This document shows, in pieces, positions 1 through 8,904 of a stretch of 36,828 bases of DNA. This DNA comes from Nitrospinota bacterium. GTDB taxonomy: Bacteria > UBA8248. Made by a program: the position numbers and the translations under genes. The notes beneath the pieces are model-generated. The model was not told the origin of the DNA and searched no databases. It saw nothing but the letters and a program-made list of their open reading frames with translations. Position 1 is the stretch's first letter, and each line of letters begins with the position of its first letter. Where the stretch lies: positions 1 to 36,828 of the forward strand of contig JASLZZ010000119.1 in the NCBI GenBank assembly GCA_030754595.1, in the 5' to 3' direction.

Positions 1-155
1 GCAGGCGATGGATCATCGAGCGGACGATTGCCTGGTTTGGCAACTTCCGCAGGCTGACCGTGCGATGGGACCGACTGATGGAAACCTACGGTGGATTCTT
101 TCATATGGCTTGTGCCCTGATCACGACGAGAAAACTCATGAGGGTTATGAAATGA
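1..155 (+). CDS. IS5-family DDE transposase, C-terminal part (5' end outside window)
   Basis: Frame starting at base 3 reads RRWIIERTIAWFGNFRRLTVRWDRLMETYGGFFHMACALITTRKLMRVMK, stop TGA 153-155. This matches the RWxxERTxAW...RRL signature of IS5-family transposases. Not in the ORF track because there is no start codon. Confidence 0.88.
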   Translation, partial: RRWIIERTIAWFGNFRRLTVRWDRLMETYGGFFHMACALITTRKLMRVMK

Positions 156-162
156 CTTCTAG
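1..162 (+). mobile_element. Right end of an IS5-family insertion sequence
   Basis: Transposase tail overlaps terminal repeat GGTTATGAAATGACTT (143-158) followed by CTAG (159-162); the same end recurs at 1112-1131. Confidence 0.85.
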
Positions 163-225
163 TCATCGGGCATAAAAAAAACCCCTAAACATCGGGGCTT
201 TCTTGGCCGGAGAGGGTATTCCTCG

Positions 226-998
226 TTAAAATTTGAAAGTGGTTTGGGTCAAAATGCTGCTTATTTCGTTCTTTCCCGGCCCGTTTTCCAGGACGAGGGC
301 ATAAAACCACATGCCCTTCCGCCAGAAGGCCAGTTTGAAGCCGTCTTTCTCGGCCTGGAAAATTTTGTGGCCATTGACCCTGAAACTGGCAATCATGGGG
401 AGTGAATACCGGATGCCGCTGGCTTCCCCGATGAAGAGGACCATGTTTTTATTGTTGCGCAGATAGCGGACCATTGCCCCCTTTTGTCCGGCGAACGGGC
501 AGAGGCGGGCGCCAACCATCTCCCCTTTAAGCTCTAGCGTATTGACACTCTGCTGGAATTAACTGGCGAGCCAAGCCGAAACGGTCAGAATATCGCTAGA
601 CCGGACATCGAGGGGGTTCCCCGTCTCCACCCTATAAATCATCATTGTATCCGAGACCAGTGGCGCGGGAACGACTGCCGCGCGCTGATATCCAGCCCAG
701 CCGAGGACTAGGAACGTGATAACGGCAGCGGCGGCCACCGAGGGGCGGACCAGTCAGTTTGCCGCAGTCCCTCACGGCGAATGGCCTCCCTCACGCGGTG
801 CTTCAGAAGATCGGAAGCGCCCGGGCCCTCCTCGCCCAGTTTGCCGCGAAGCATCTCCTTCAGAGCAATGATACGCTCGTATTCCGCCCCGCAGACCTCG
901 TCCTTCTCGATCCAGGCCTGAATCTCCAAGGCGTCCTTTACGTCCAACTCGTTGTCAACATAGGCGTCGATATAACGAATGGCTTCTTCCCGGGTCAT
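226..998 (-). pseudogene. Transmembrane anti-sigma factor pseudogene
   Basis: N-terminus MTREEAIRYIDAYVDNELD is anti-sigma-like with a degenerate zinc motif. There is a 1-nt frameshift near 750. The shifted frame gives TM helix AAAAVITFLVLGWAGY, then PLDVRSSDILTVSAWLAS, an in-frame TAA at 561-559, and MVGARLCPFAGQKGAMVRY...LAFWRKG to stop at 226. Confidence 0.82.
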
Positions 999-1016
999 CT
1001 CAATCCTCAACTCAGA

Positions 1017-1131
1017 CTAGAGGTCATTTCATAACCTCTTTCGCGGAATCTTCGTCCGTCAAAGGCCTTGATTTTATCGGCCCTCTCACAGGGGTGGAAA
1101 CCTCGGGAATGGGTTATGAAATGACTTCTAG
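1017..1131. mobile_element. MITE (non-autonomous IS5-family derivative)
   Basis: CTAG (1017-1020) + AGGTCATTTCATAACC ... GGTTATGAAATGACTT + CTAG (1128-1131). The 16-bp terminal inverted repeats have one mismatch, the 107-bp interior has no transposase, and the right end is identical to the IS end at 143-162. Confidence 0.9.
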
Positions 1132-1329
1132 TCAAAAACTCCCGTCAATGGCTCCGGGAGTCAAAAAACGACGCCGTTATGAAAATTCCGGCTAATTCCA
1201 ACAGCGTTAGCCAAAATCGCCCTCCGATCAATTGAACACCGCCAGAAGAAAATAATTTCAACTCTACCTAAAAATTATTACTTTTAGGTCATTTTATCGT
1301 ATTTTATCTGAAAAATCCTATTCTTTGGC

Positions 1330-1860
1330 CTATTCATCGTATTCGACAAGAATGCCCTGGAGCATCCGCCGGGCTCGGTAGAGGCGGGACATCAACGTTC
1401 CAAGAGGGCATTCCTCAATTTCGGCGATTTCCTTATAATGAGAAGCCCTCGACGTCGGATAAAATCACAATGCGCCGAAAATTTTCGGGAATTTCGGAAA
1501 GCGCCTTTTTGATGGTGTCCGATGCCTGCCGGTTAAAGAATTCTGCCTCGGGCCCCGCCACTTTGGAATGACCGGCATAGAAGGGCTCGGAGTCTGAGCG
1601 TTGTTGCTCGGATTCCTCGAGTTCCAGATGGGTCGGAATGCGCGCATTCCGCCGAAAACGGTTGATATAAGTATTTTTGAGGATTTTAAACAGCCATGCC
1701 CGGATATTGGTTCCGGGCTGGAACTGTTGATAGAAGCGGATTGCGCGGACATAGACATCCTGAACCAAATCCTCGGCGTCCGCCTGATTGCCGCACATTC
1801 GGAGCGCGCCCCGGCAGAGGACACCGGTATGTTCAAGTGCCAGAGATCTGGACTCCCGCC
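1330..1860 (-). pseudogene. ECF sigma-70 family factor, frameshifted
   Basis: Region 2 motifs DAEDLVQDVYVRAIR and AWLFKILKNTYINRFRR are present. At GGC TTC TCA TTA TAA GGA an extra T (~1436-1438) truncates region 4; removing it restores [29 protein letters not shown], stop 1332-1330. The 5' boundary is approximate. Confidence 0.88.
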
Positions 1861-1881
1861 TATCTAAAGCTATTTCAATAT

Positions 1882-2346
1882 TTATTTCCCGTTAACTTCA
1901 AGTATTACTTCAAGTTCGACCGACGCCCCGAGAGGAAGTTCGGCCACTCCAATCGCCAGCCTAGCATGAGTTCCCGCGTCGCCAAACACCTGGACAGCCA
2001 TCTCCGAGGCCGCGTTCATGACCACCGCCTGATCCGTGAACCCTTCCGAGGAGGCCACGAAGCCCGACATCCGAACCACCCGGGCCACCCTGTCGAGACT
2101 GCCCAGGGCCGCCTTCGCCTGCGCCAGAGCGTTCAAGAAACACTGGCGGGCGCATTCCTGGGCCTCTTCGACCCCTACTTCCCGGGAAACCTTCCCCGGA
2201 TGAAGCATATTCCCCTCCCTGAGCGGAATTTGTCCCGAAATGAAAAGAAGGGAGCCGGATAAAACATAGGGAACGTAGGCTCCCACCGGCGCCGGCGCCG
2301 GCGGGAGGTCGAGCCCGAGCGATTGGATGTTCTCCTCTGCGCCCAT
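1882..2346 (-). CDS. RidA/YjgF/UK114 family protein
   Basis: LPPAPAPVGAYVP, LFISGQIP, HARLAIGVAELPLGASVELE motifs; GGAGG RBS upstream. Confidence 0.92.
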   Translation of the reverse strand: MGAEENIQSLGLDLPPAPAPVGAYVPYVLSGSLLFISGQIPLREGNMLHPGKVSREVGVEEAQECARQCFLNALAQAKAALGSLDRVARVVRMSGFVASSEGFTDQAVVMNAASEMAVQVFGDAGTHARLAIGVAELPLGASVELEVILEVNGK

Positions 2347-2364
2347 CGATTCCTCCCTGTTGCG

Positions 2365-2967
2365 TTAATTTCCGCCCGCCGCCTCTTCGTACTCGCCGGG
2401 CGTATTGAGGTTCCGAAACGATAGCGCGTCCGGGTCCCAAGGGCGCCACTCCGCCTCCTCGACACGCTTGACCCGGACGTCCGTGTAAAAGCCGATCATC
2501 TTCAGTTCACCCGCCTCGATCCTGGAGCGAATCGGGGCCTCGCAATCCGAACCATAGACCGCGCAGAGGGGCTCGGAAAAATCCCTTACTATCGGGACAA
2601 CCACGTCCCACCCTTCGGCCTGGGAGGCGAGTCCCTTCAAAAGAGGCGCCTGAAGCGAGGGCATATCGCAGCCAGTGACGAAAACGTGGCCGCCCCCGGC
2701 GGAAGCCACCGCCGCGTGGAGGCCTCCCAGTGAATCGTTTCCCTCGAGAATATCGACCACCACGCGAAAGCCCAGCGCCTCGTAGGGGGGGGGGTCGTTG
2801 GCAACCACGAATACATCCGAGAAAATTCCCTTGAGCGAGTCGGCCACTCGGGAAACCGCTGGCCTCCCCTCCATCGGGAGAAACGCCTTGTCCCGACCCA
2901 TTCGCCGGCTCTTCCCTCCCGCGAGAATTGCGGCGGGAAAATCGATCCTCCCCGATGGAGCGCTCAT
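2365..2967 (-). CDS. mobA: Molybdenum cofactor guanylyltransferase
   Basis: AAILAGGKSRRMGRDKAFL, GCDMP, EPLCAVY, FRNLNTP motifs; downstream of moeA. Confidence 0.93.
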   Translation of the reverse strand: MSAPSGRIDFPAAILAGGKSRRMGRDKAFLPMEGRPAVSRVADSLKGIFSDVFVVANDPPPYEALGFRVVVDILEGNDSLGGLHAAVASAGGGHVFVTGCDMPSLQAPLLKGLASQAEGWDVVVPIVRDFSEPLCAVYGSDCEAPIRSRIEAGELKMIGFYTDVRVKRVEEAEWRPWDPDALSFRNLNTPGEYEEAAGGN

Positions 2968-3063
2968 ATTTCAGCCCGGCCCGGCGCGGCCGCCCGGCGG
3001 ATCGCTACCGCCCGGCGGGGCGCTGTCGCCCAATTCGCTCCGCTCTTGTCCTGATATTCCCCC

Positions 3064-4350
3064 CTAGGCGGGCGCATGGCCCGTCCGGCCTCTTCCGGCC
3101 GCCAGCGCATCAGGGACCAGATGTTGGCCCAGGGCCGCGGCCTCCTCGAGGAGGACCACCCGGACCCGGCTCCCCTCGGCGAGTTCCGTCTCGAACTCCG
3201 GAAAAACGATCAGGGCGTTCGCCCGCACCATCGATTGAATGATATTCGAGCCCTGCGCCCCAATGGCGGTGGCCGTCCACTCCTCCTCCTCCCAGCGGGC
3301 GAGGGCGCGGACATAATGCCGCCGCTCGGGGGATTTCGACAGCGGAGCGAGAAGTCTCGCCGAAACCTGGGGCCTGTGAAGGACGCTCTTCCCCTGCATT
3401 TTCAAGAGCGCCGGCCGGACAAACAACTCGAAGCTCACCATCGTCGACACAGGGTTTCCCGGTAGCCCGAACACCGGCCGCCCCTCCAAGGTGCCGAACG
3501 CCATCGGCTTTCCGGGCTTCATCCGGACGCGCCAGAAGTGCATCTCGTTCCCAAGATCGCCCAACGTGCTTTTGACCAGATCGAAATCCCCTACCGATAC
3601 GCCCCCGCTAGTGATAACGAGATCAGCCGCCAGACCGTCGCACAAATGGGCCTCGAGGTCCTCGGCGTTATCGCGGGCGATTCCCAAAAGGACCGGCTCG
3701 CCGCCCGCTTCCCTGACCTGGGCGGCAAGGGCATAGGAATTCGAGTTGTAAATTTGCCCGGGGGCGGGCTCCTCGTGGAGTTCGACCAGCTCCTCGCCCG
3801 TCGAGAGAATGGCGACCCGGGGGCGGCGGGTGGCATAAACAATCGCCCGTCCCATCCCGGCCAACATTCCGATCGCGGCGGGAAGAAGGGTCGCCCCGGC
3901 CTCGAACACCCGCTCGCCTTCCCGGACATCCTCGCCCGGCAGTCTGATCGCCTCGCCTTCGGGCATCGCCCGGAGAATCCGGACTTCATCCCCGTCCCCG
4001 CGTTCGGTCAGCTCCACCATCACCACCGCGTCGGCTCCATCCGGGATCGGCGCTCCTGTCATGATGCGGATGGCATCGCCCGGACCGAGGGCCTTCGCGG
4101 ACTCGAATCCGGCCTGTATCTCATCGATAACCCGGAGCGTGGCGGGGCGCTCGGGCGAGGCCTCCGCGATATCCCGGGCGCGGACGGCGTATCCATCCAT
4201 CGCCGAGTTCGCCCACGGGGGAATCGGCCGGGGCGCAAAAACATCCTCGGCCAACACCCGCCCCAGGGCGTCGGCGATATTAACGCGCTCGCGTCCCAAG
4301 TCCGGGATCCGCGAGAGGATCGACTCCTGCGCTTCTTCTACGCTAATCAT
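3064..4350 (-). CDS. moeA: Molybdopterin molybdotransferase
   Basis: NSAMDGYAV, IRIMTGAPIP, ILSTGEEL, ITSGGVSVGDFD, MKPGKP, LPGNPVS. Start moved to MISVEEAQ (ATG at 4350), the usual MoeA N-terminus. Confidence 0.95.
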   Translation of the reverse strand: MISVEEAQESILSRIPDLGRERVNIADALGRVLAEDVFAPRPIPPWANSAMDGYAVRARDIAEASPERPATLRVIDEIQAGFESAKALGPGDAIRIMTGAPIPDGADAVVMVELTERGDGDEVRILRAMPEGEAIRLPGEDVREGERVFEAGATLLPAAIGMLAGMGRAIVYATRRPRVAILSTGEELVELHEEPAPGQIYNSNSYALAAQVREAGGEPVLLGIARDNAEDLEAHLCDGLAADLVITSGGVSVGDFDLVKSTLGDLGNEMHFWRVRMKPGKPMAFGTLEGRPVFGLPGNPVSTMVSFELFVRPALLKMQGKSVLHRPQVSARLLAPLSKSPERRHYVRALARWEEEEWTATAIGAQGSNIIQSMVRANALIVFPEFETELAEGSRVRVVLLEEAAALGQHLVPDALAAGRGRTGHAPA

Positions 4351-4535
4351 GAAAATTCTCCGGCGGGCGCTCCGCTTCAGGCCCGAACAGGCGTTTTTTA
4401 TCCGAAAGTGGCTTTTCGTCCTGCAACCGGAGGGATTATAGCCCACGAATTGAGATGAACAAGCCTCCCGGCTCGCCTTCAATCCAGACCCGGTTTTCGC
4501 TTAAAATAAGGCCTCAACCGCCGGAGGGAGCAATA

Positions 4536-4979
4536 ATGGCAAGAGAGGATTTTCGGTACAAGAGCGAATTTCGCGTGCGCTTCGGAGAGACCGATTTACA
4601 GGGCGTGGTCTTCAACGCCAACTATCTTCTCTATACCGATACCACGCAGCTCGACTATTTCCGCCACATTGGCGTGCCCTACAGCGAGGTGCGGCGCCTG
4701 GGCCACGACATTTATCTCGCCGACACGCGGCTACAGTTTCACGCCCCCGCCCGGTTCGATGAAGTGATCGAATCCTTCACCCGGATTTCGGGTTTTGGAA
4801 ACTCAAGCCTTCAAATGGATTTTGAAATGTACGAGAAGGAAAGCGGCCGGCATCTCGCCACCTCTCGGTCCACCTACGTCATCGTCGACGAGGAGACGGG
4901 ACGGCCCCTCCGCGCGCCCGTCTACCTGAGAGCCGCCGTCCGTGAATTCGAGAACAACGACGCCATCGAGCCCGAATAG
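4536..4979 (+). CDS. Hotdog-fold acyl-CoA thioesterase (YbgC/4HBT family)
   Basis: RVRFGETDLQGVVFNANYL motif; ATG at 4536 follows a GGAGGGAG RBS. Confidence 0.9.
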   Translation: MAREDFRYKSEFRVRFGETDLQGVVFNANYLLYTDTTQLDYFRHIGVPYSEVRRLGHDIYLADTRLQFHAPARFDEVIESFTRISGFGNSSLQMDFEMYEKESGRHLATSRSTYVIVDEETGRPLRAPVYLRAAVREFENNDAIEPE

Positions 4980-5033
4980 CGCTTCACACACGCCCCGAAG
5001 ATCTGGCGCACCCGCCCCGAAGATTTGCGGGAA

Positions 5034-6648
5034 TCAAGAGGCGAGCCACAAGGTCAGTAGCCCGACGAGCGCCACCTAGACCAGGCAGTAAAGCGCCACC
5101 CGCCTGAAAACCTCCCCCTCTCTGCCCGAGAGGCCGGCGGTCGAACAACCCACCAAGACCTTGGCCGGAGCAATCATGATCCCCAGCGAACCGCCCGCGC
5201 TGTTTCCGGCGGCAAGCACCGACGGGTTTTTTCCGAGCAACTCCCCGACACTGACCTGGAATTTCCCGAAAAGGATATTCGCGTTCGTGTTGCTCCCGGT
5301 GACAAAGCAGCCAATCAGCCCCACCAACGGGGCGAGGGCGGGGTACAGTACTCCCAAAAAATCCGCCACCCCCCTCCGCCAGGACCTGAATCATTCCCGA
5401 CACCGTCATGACCGTCGCCATGGCCACCATCGAAACAGTCCCCACGCTGGTGGACAGGGTTTCCCTGAACGTATTTCGAAACAGCCTCGCCTCCCTGCCG
5501 GGCCAACGCCCATTCGCCCGGTAGATTAGGTACCCCAACCAGGAGGTGCAAAGAAGAAGCGCCCCCGGGTGACCGAGAGGTTCGAGCCGCCAGAGTTTCT
5601 CCGGTGTGGAAAAGCCCAGGCCCGTTCGAAGAGCCTCGAGCGGGACTTTAACGCTCCACCCGTGCAGCACATCGTGGACAAATGGAATAAAGGTCGTCGC
5701 CATGACAATAACGATCAACCCGTAATACGGAGAAAAAGCCAGATGAAATCCCATGCGACGATCACCGGCCGGCGGGCGCTTCAGCCGGACGCGCTCTTCC
5801 TCGGGTTTTTGCGGAAAAAAGTCCGGCCGGGAGGGAGACTGGTAGCGAGCGAACCGGGAGAGCCCGAAACCGACAAGGAGGCAGAGCATCCCTGCCCCGA
5901 AGGAAGCGATGATCCACAGGCCCAGCCAGGCGAAAATAAACTGGGCCAGGCTGGTCAATCCGCCAAGGAAGAAAATGATCAGCGTCCACCTCACGACCGC
6001 GCTCTATCCGGCGTGCAGGTGCGCAATCGAGACTGCCGCGGCCAGCCCCGACAAACCGAGGAGGGAGGCAATCAAAACGGCGGATCCATTCGGGGGCAAC
6101 TCGGTCACCGTCAGTAGCGCTTGAAAGCTACTGGCCATGTCTCCCATGCTAACCGCCCAGGCGTGTCCGATGAGAGCGGCCGCCACGGCCTCCACCGGAG
6201 GATAGCCGATCCCCACCAGGAGAGGTGCGACGACGGCGACCGGAATTCCAAAGCCGGCGACCCCTTGGAGTAAGGAGGTGAAACCGAAGACCAGGATCAT
6301 GAGCTGGAGAATGTGGTTCTGCGTCATTTCCCACACGCTCCAGCCGATGTTTCGAATACCTCCCGCCGCCTCGGCGACATGAAACAATAAAATGGCCGGG
6401 ATGATGATGTAGAGAACCGGCAGGCTCGCGAGCGAGCCGCGCACCAGAGCGGCCAGGAGTACCTCTCCGCCCGCCCCGAACCGGACCCACGCGACCGCCA
6501 TGGCGGCGAGAAGGCCGGCCAGCCCCGCCCGGCTCCTGCTCCAAAGAAGCCCCAGCATCAAAACGATGAGCGTTAGAATCGGGGCGGAGGCGAGCGCAAA
6601 TGACGCTGCGCCGACTTCCAACCCCTCGGGCGGCAGAGGTGAACTCAT
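5034..6648 (-). pseudogene. L-lactate permease family transporter pseudogene
   Basis: LctP motifs QGVAGFGIPVAVVAPLL and GCFVTGSNTNANILFG, AGNSAGGSLG. Interrupted by in-frame TAG at 6006-6004, a +1 frameshift in the C6 run at 5369-5374, and TAG at 5078-5076 before the last hydrophobic stretch VALVGLLTLWLAS-TGA (5034). Confidence 0.88.
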
Positions 6649-6970
6649 CGCGGGGGGACCTCTTTTTCAGGAAACGGCAAGGACACCAACCAAATCAGGG
6701 AGCGTTTTCCATGAAATCCGGGCGCTCCATGGGTCCATCCCATGGATACATCCAAAATAAACGATACTGAATATTACAAACCGAGTTCCTCGATCCCTTA
6801 TTCTATCCCAAAACCATCTTCCTCCCATTAATCAGATAAAAGGGAGTTAATTTCTCGTATAAATTGTTACCAAATTAATGTCATCATGGCATATCACACC
6901 TACAGAAAAAGGTAATAAAATCAAGGGAAACGGCCTGTTTTCAATCGCGAAATACGAAATGTCTTTTTAT

Positions 6971-7030
6971 CTATTTTTGCCTATTTTTGCCTGTTTTTAG
7001 TTGCTCGTAGTTACAAGTTAGTTACAAGTT
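6971..7030. repeat. Short tandem repeats in AT-rich intergenic region
   Basis: CTATTTTTGC x2 plus CTGTTTTTAG (6971-7000); TAGTTACAAGT x2 (7008-7029). Confidence 0.8.
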
Positions 7031-7459
7031 TTCCTGGTCAATTGATACATGTTTTTGATGGAGATACGGAAAGCTCTATTAGATAGAGTTTATTACTTCA
7101 GAACCGTTCATTGGTCTGAGAAGTTGGGGGCGGCGGTGGTGGGTTAGAATATCGAACAACCGAATGTGAAAAATCGACTTATATCGATTTCTCTCCCAGA
7201 CGCAGAAAGACCCTAAAATAGCTTCCTACCTGCATAAAAACCTCTCACGTCTAATGCATAGATTCATTGCGTGGTAGCGAAATTGTGAGATTGGTCGTAA
7301 ATTAGGACTTTGTAGTCCGAATAGTTGTTTAATTATTCCATTGGAAGTCCGAATGGCCACTTTAATACTCAGAAACGGTGCTAAGCTAGGGACATCGGAT
7401 TTGCTTTTTCAATTACTCGGCTCACTTTTTTTGTGCAAAGCTCATAGGGGGTGTAAATT

Positions 7460-8809
7460 ATGATGGCCACAAAACTAAACAGCGTACTTACCGTCGCTGG
7501 CGCGATTCTCTTCGCTGCCGCTCTGACGATCCCAATTCAGGCTAACGCTGCCGGAAAGCTGGTCGTCGTCACGTCCTATCCGCCGGACACTACCGTTACC
7601 ATTGGCAAGGCGTTTGAAAAGGCGACCGGCATCAAGACCGAAATGCTGAAGAAAAAAACCACAGCTGGCATAAAATATTTACAGGCAACAGCCGCTAACA
7701 ACACGTCGGATATGTTTTGGGCGTCCGCGCCCGACGCTTTTGAAGTCCTGAAGGGCGACGGATTGCTGCAGAAATACAAGGTCAAGGTCAAAGGCATCCC
7801 CCAAAAAGTCGGGTCCTTCCCGATCAACGATCCCGAAGGCTATTACAAGGGCTTTGCGGCGTCCGGCTACGGCATCATGTGGAACACTCGTTATTTAAAA
7901 GCCAAGAAGCTGCCGGTTCCGACAAAGTGGTCCGATTTGGAGAAATCCATCTACTACGGTCACGTTGGCATGAGTGCGCCGTCGCGGTCTGGTACCACGC
8001 ATCTGACTGTTGAAACCCTTCTTCAAGGTGAAGGTTGGGAAAAAGGATGGGCGATGTGGAAGAGCATCGCCGGTAACTTCAAGAGCGTGACCGCGCGCAG
8101 TTTCGGCGTTCCAGACGGGGTCAACTCTGGACAGTTCGGCGTCGGCGTGGTGATCGACTTCTTCGGTTTGTCATCGAAGGCATCGGGTTTCCCGGTCGAT
8201 TTTGTCTATCCGAAAGTGACGACGCTGGTGCCAGCCAACATCGCCATTGTCAAGAACGCCCCCAACCCCAAGGCGGCGAGTGCTTTCATCGAGTTTTTGT
8301 TGTCACCGACCGGACAGGGACTTCTTCTGGACAAGAAGATTATGCGCCTGCCAGTCAATCCGAAGACCTATGCCAAGGCGCCAAAAGGTTTCCCGAATCC
8401 GTTCAAGGATAAGTCAATTGGCTCAGCAGTGAAGTTCGATTTGCAATTGTCGAAGAGCCGCTACAACGTGATCAACTCGCTATTCGATGTGATGGTCACT
8501 TACCGGCTCAGCGAGCTGCGTGCCGCCACCAAGGCCATCCAGGCGGCCGAGAAACAGCTCATGGGCAAATCCAACGCCAAGGCGAAAAAAATGATCCAGC
8601 AAGCGCGGGCACTAATCTCCAAAGTGCCAATCTCTGCGACCAAGGCCAGCGAAAAATCCTTTAACAAGATTTTCAAGAAAAAACGCAAAAAGAAAAGCGT
8701 CAAGGTCACCGGCCGGCAGGCCGAGTTTGAACAGGCCTGGGATACCGAGGTAAAGGCCAACTACGCCAAAGCCAAGGCACTGGCGATTAAAGCTGCCTCC
8801 ATGCTGTAG
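7460..8809 (+). CDS. ABC transporter substrate-binding protein, PgtC-like / Fe3+-type family
   Basis: Signal peptide ending ANA-A; DMFWASAPDAFEVLK, MSAPSRSGTTHLTVETLLQGEGWEKGW, RSFGVPDGV, VIDFFGLSS resemble PgtC-like binding proteins. Start 7460 or 7463. Confidence 0.85.
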   Translation: MMATKLNSVLTVAGAILFAAALTIPIQANAAGKLVVVTSYPPDTTVTIGKAFEKATGIKTEMLKKKTTAGIKYLQATAANNTSDMFWASAPDAFEVLKGDGLLQKYKVKVKGIPQKVGSFPINDPEGYYKGFAASGYGIMWNTRYLKAKKLPVPTKWSDLEKSIYYGHVGMSAPSRSGTTHLTVETLLQGEGWEKGWAMWKSIAGNFKSVTARSFGVPDGVNSGQFGVGVVIDFFGLSSKASGFPVDFVYPKVTTLVPANIAIVKNAPNPKAASAFIEFLLSPTGQGLLLDKKIMRLPVNPKTYAKAPKGFPNPFKDKSIGSAVKFDLQLSKSRYNVINSLFDVMVTYRLSELRAATKAIQAAEKQLMGKSNAKAKKMIQQARALISKVPISATKASEKSFNKIFKKKRKKKSVKVTGRQAEFEQAWDTEVKANYAKAKALAIKAASML

Positions 8810-8821
8810 ACATTTCTCTCT

Positions 8822-8873
8822 CTCGCGGGGCCCGGCAAATCAATGATCATGCCGGGCCCCGCGAGTTTTCTTT
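8822..8873 (+). terminator. Intercistronic stem-loop with U-rich tail
   Basis: Perfect 16-bp inverted repeat CTCGCGGGGCCCGGCA (8822-8837) / TGCCGGGCCCCGCGAG (8850-8865), then TTTTCTTT. Confidence 0.75.
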
Positions 8874-8904
8874 GAATTCATGGATTTATTAAGCGGAGAA
8901 CGGC

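Noticed and set aside
1170..1300. Partial matches to the IS terminal repeat (GTTATGAAA ~1176, AGGTCATTTTAT ~1286)
   Set aside because: Short, in AT-rich sequence, oriented outward and without CTAG flanks; cannot support a second element.
3538..4458. Long antisense ORFs (3538-4458, 11962-12972, 14097-15101, 16501-17562, 18692-19996 and similar)
   Set aside because: Shadow frames of well-supported genes in GC-rich DNA with no recognisable motifs.
5076..6006. Two in-frame TAG codons in the lactate permease as pyrrolysine or recoded stops
   Set aside because: The same gene also has a frameshift, TAG terminates many intact genes here, and no pyl genes are in the window; simple decay explains it.
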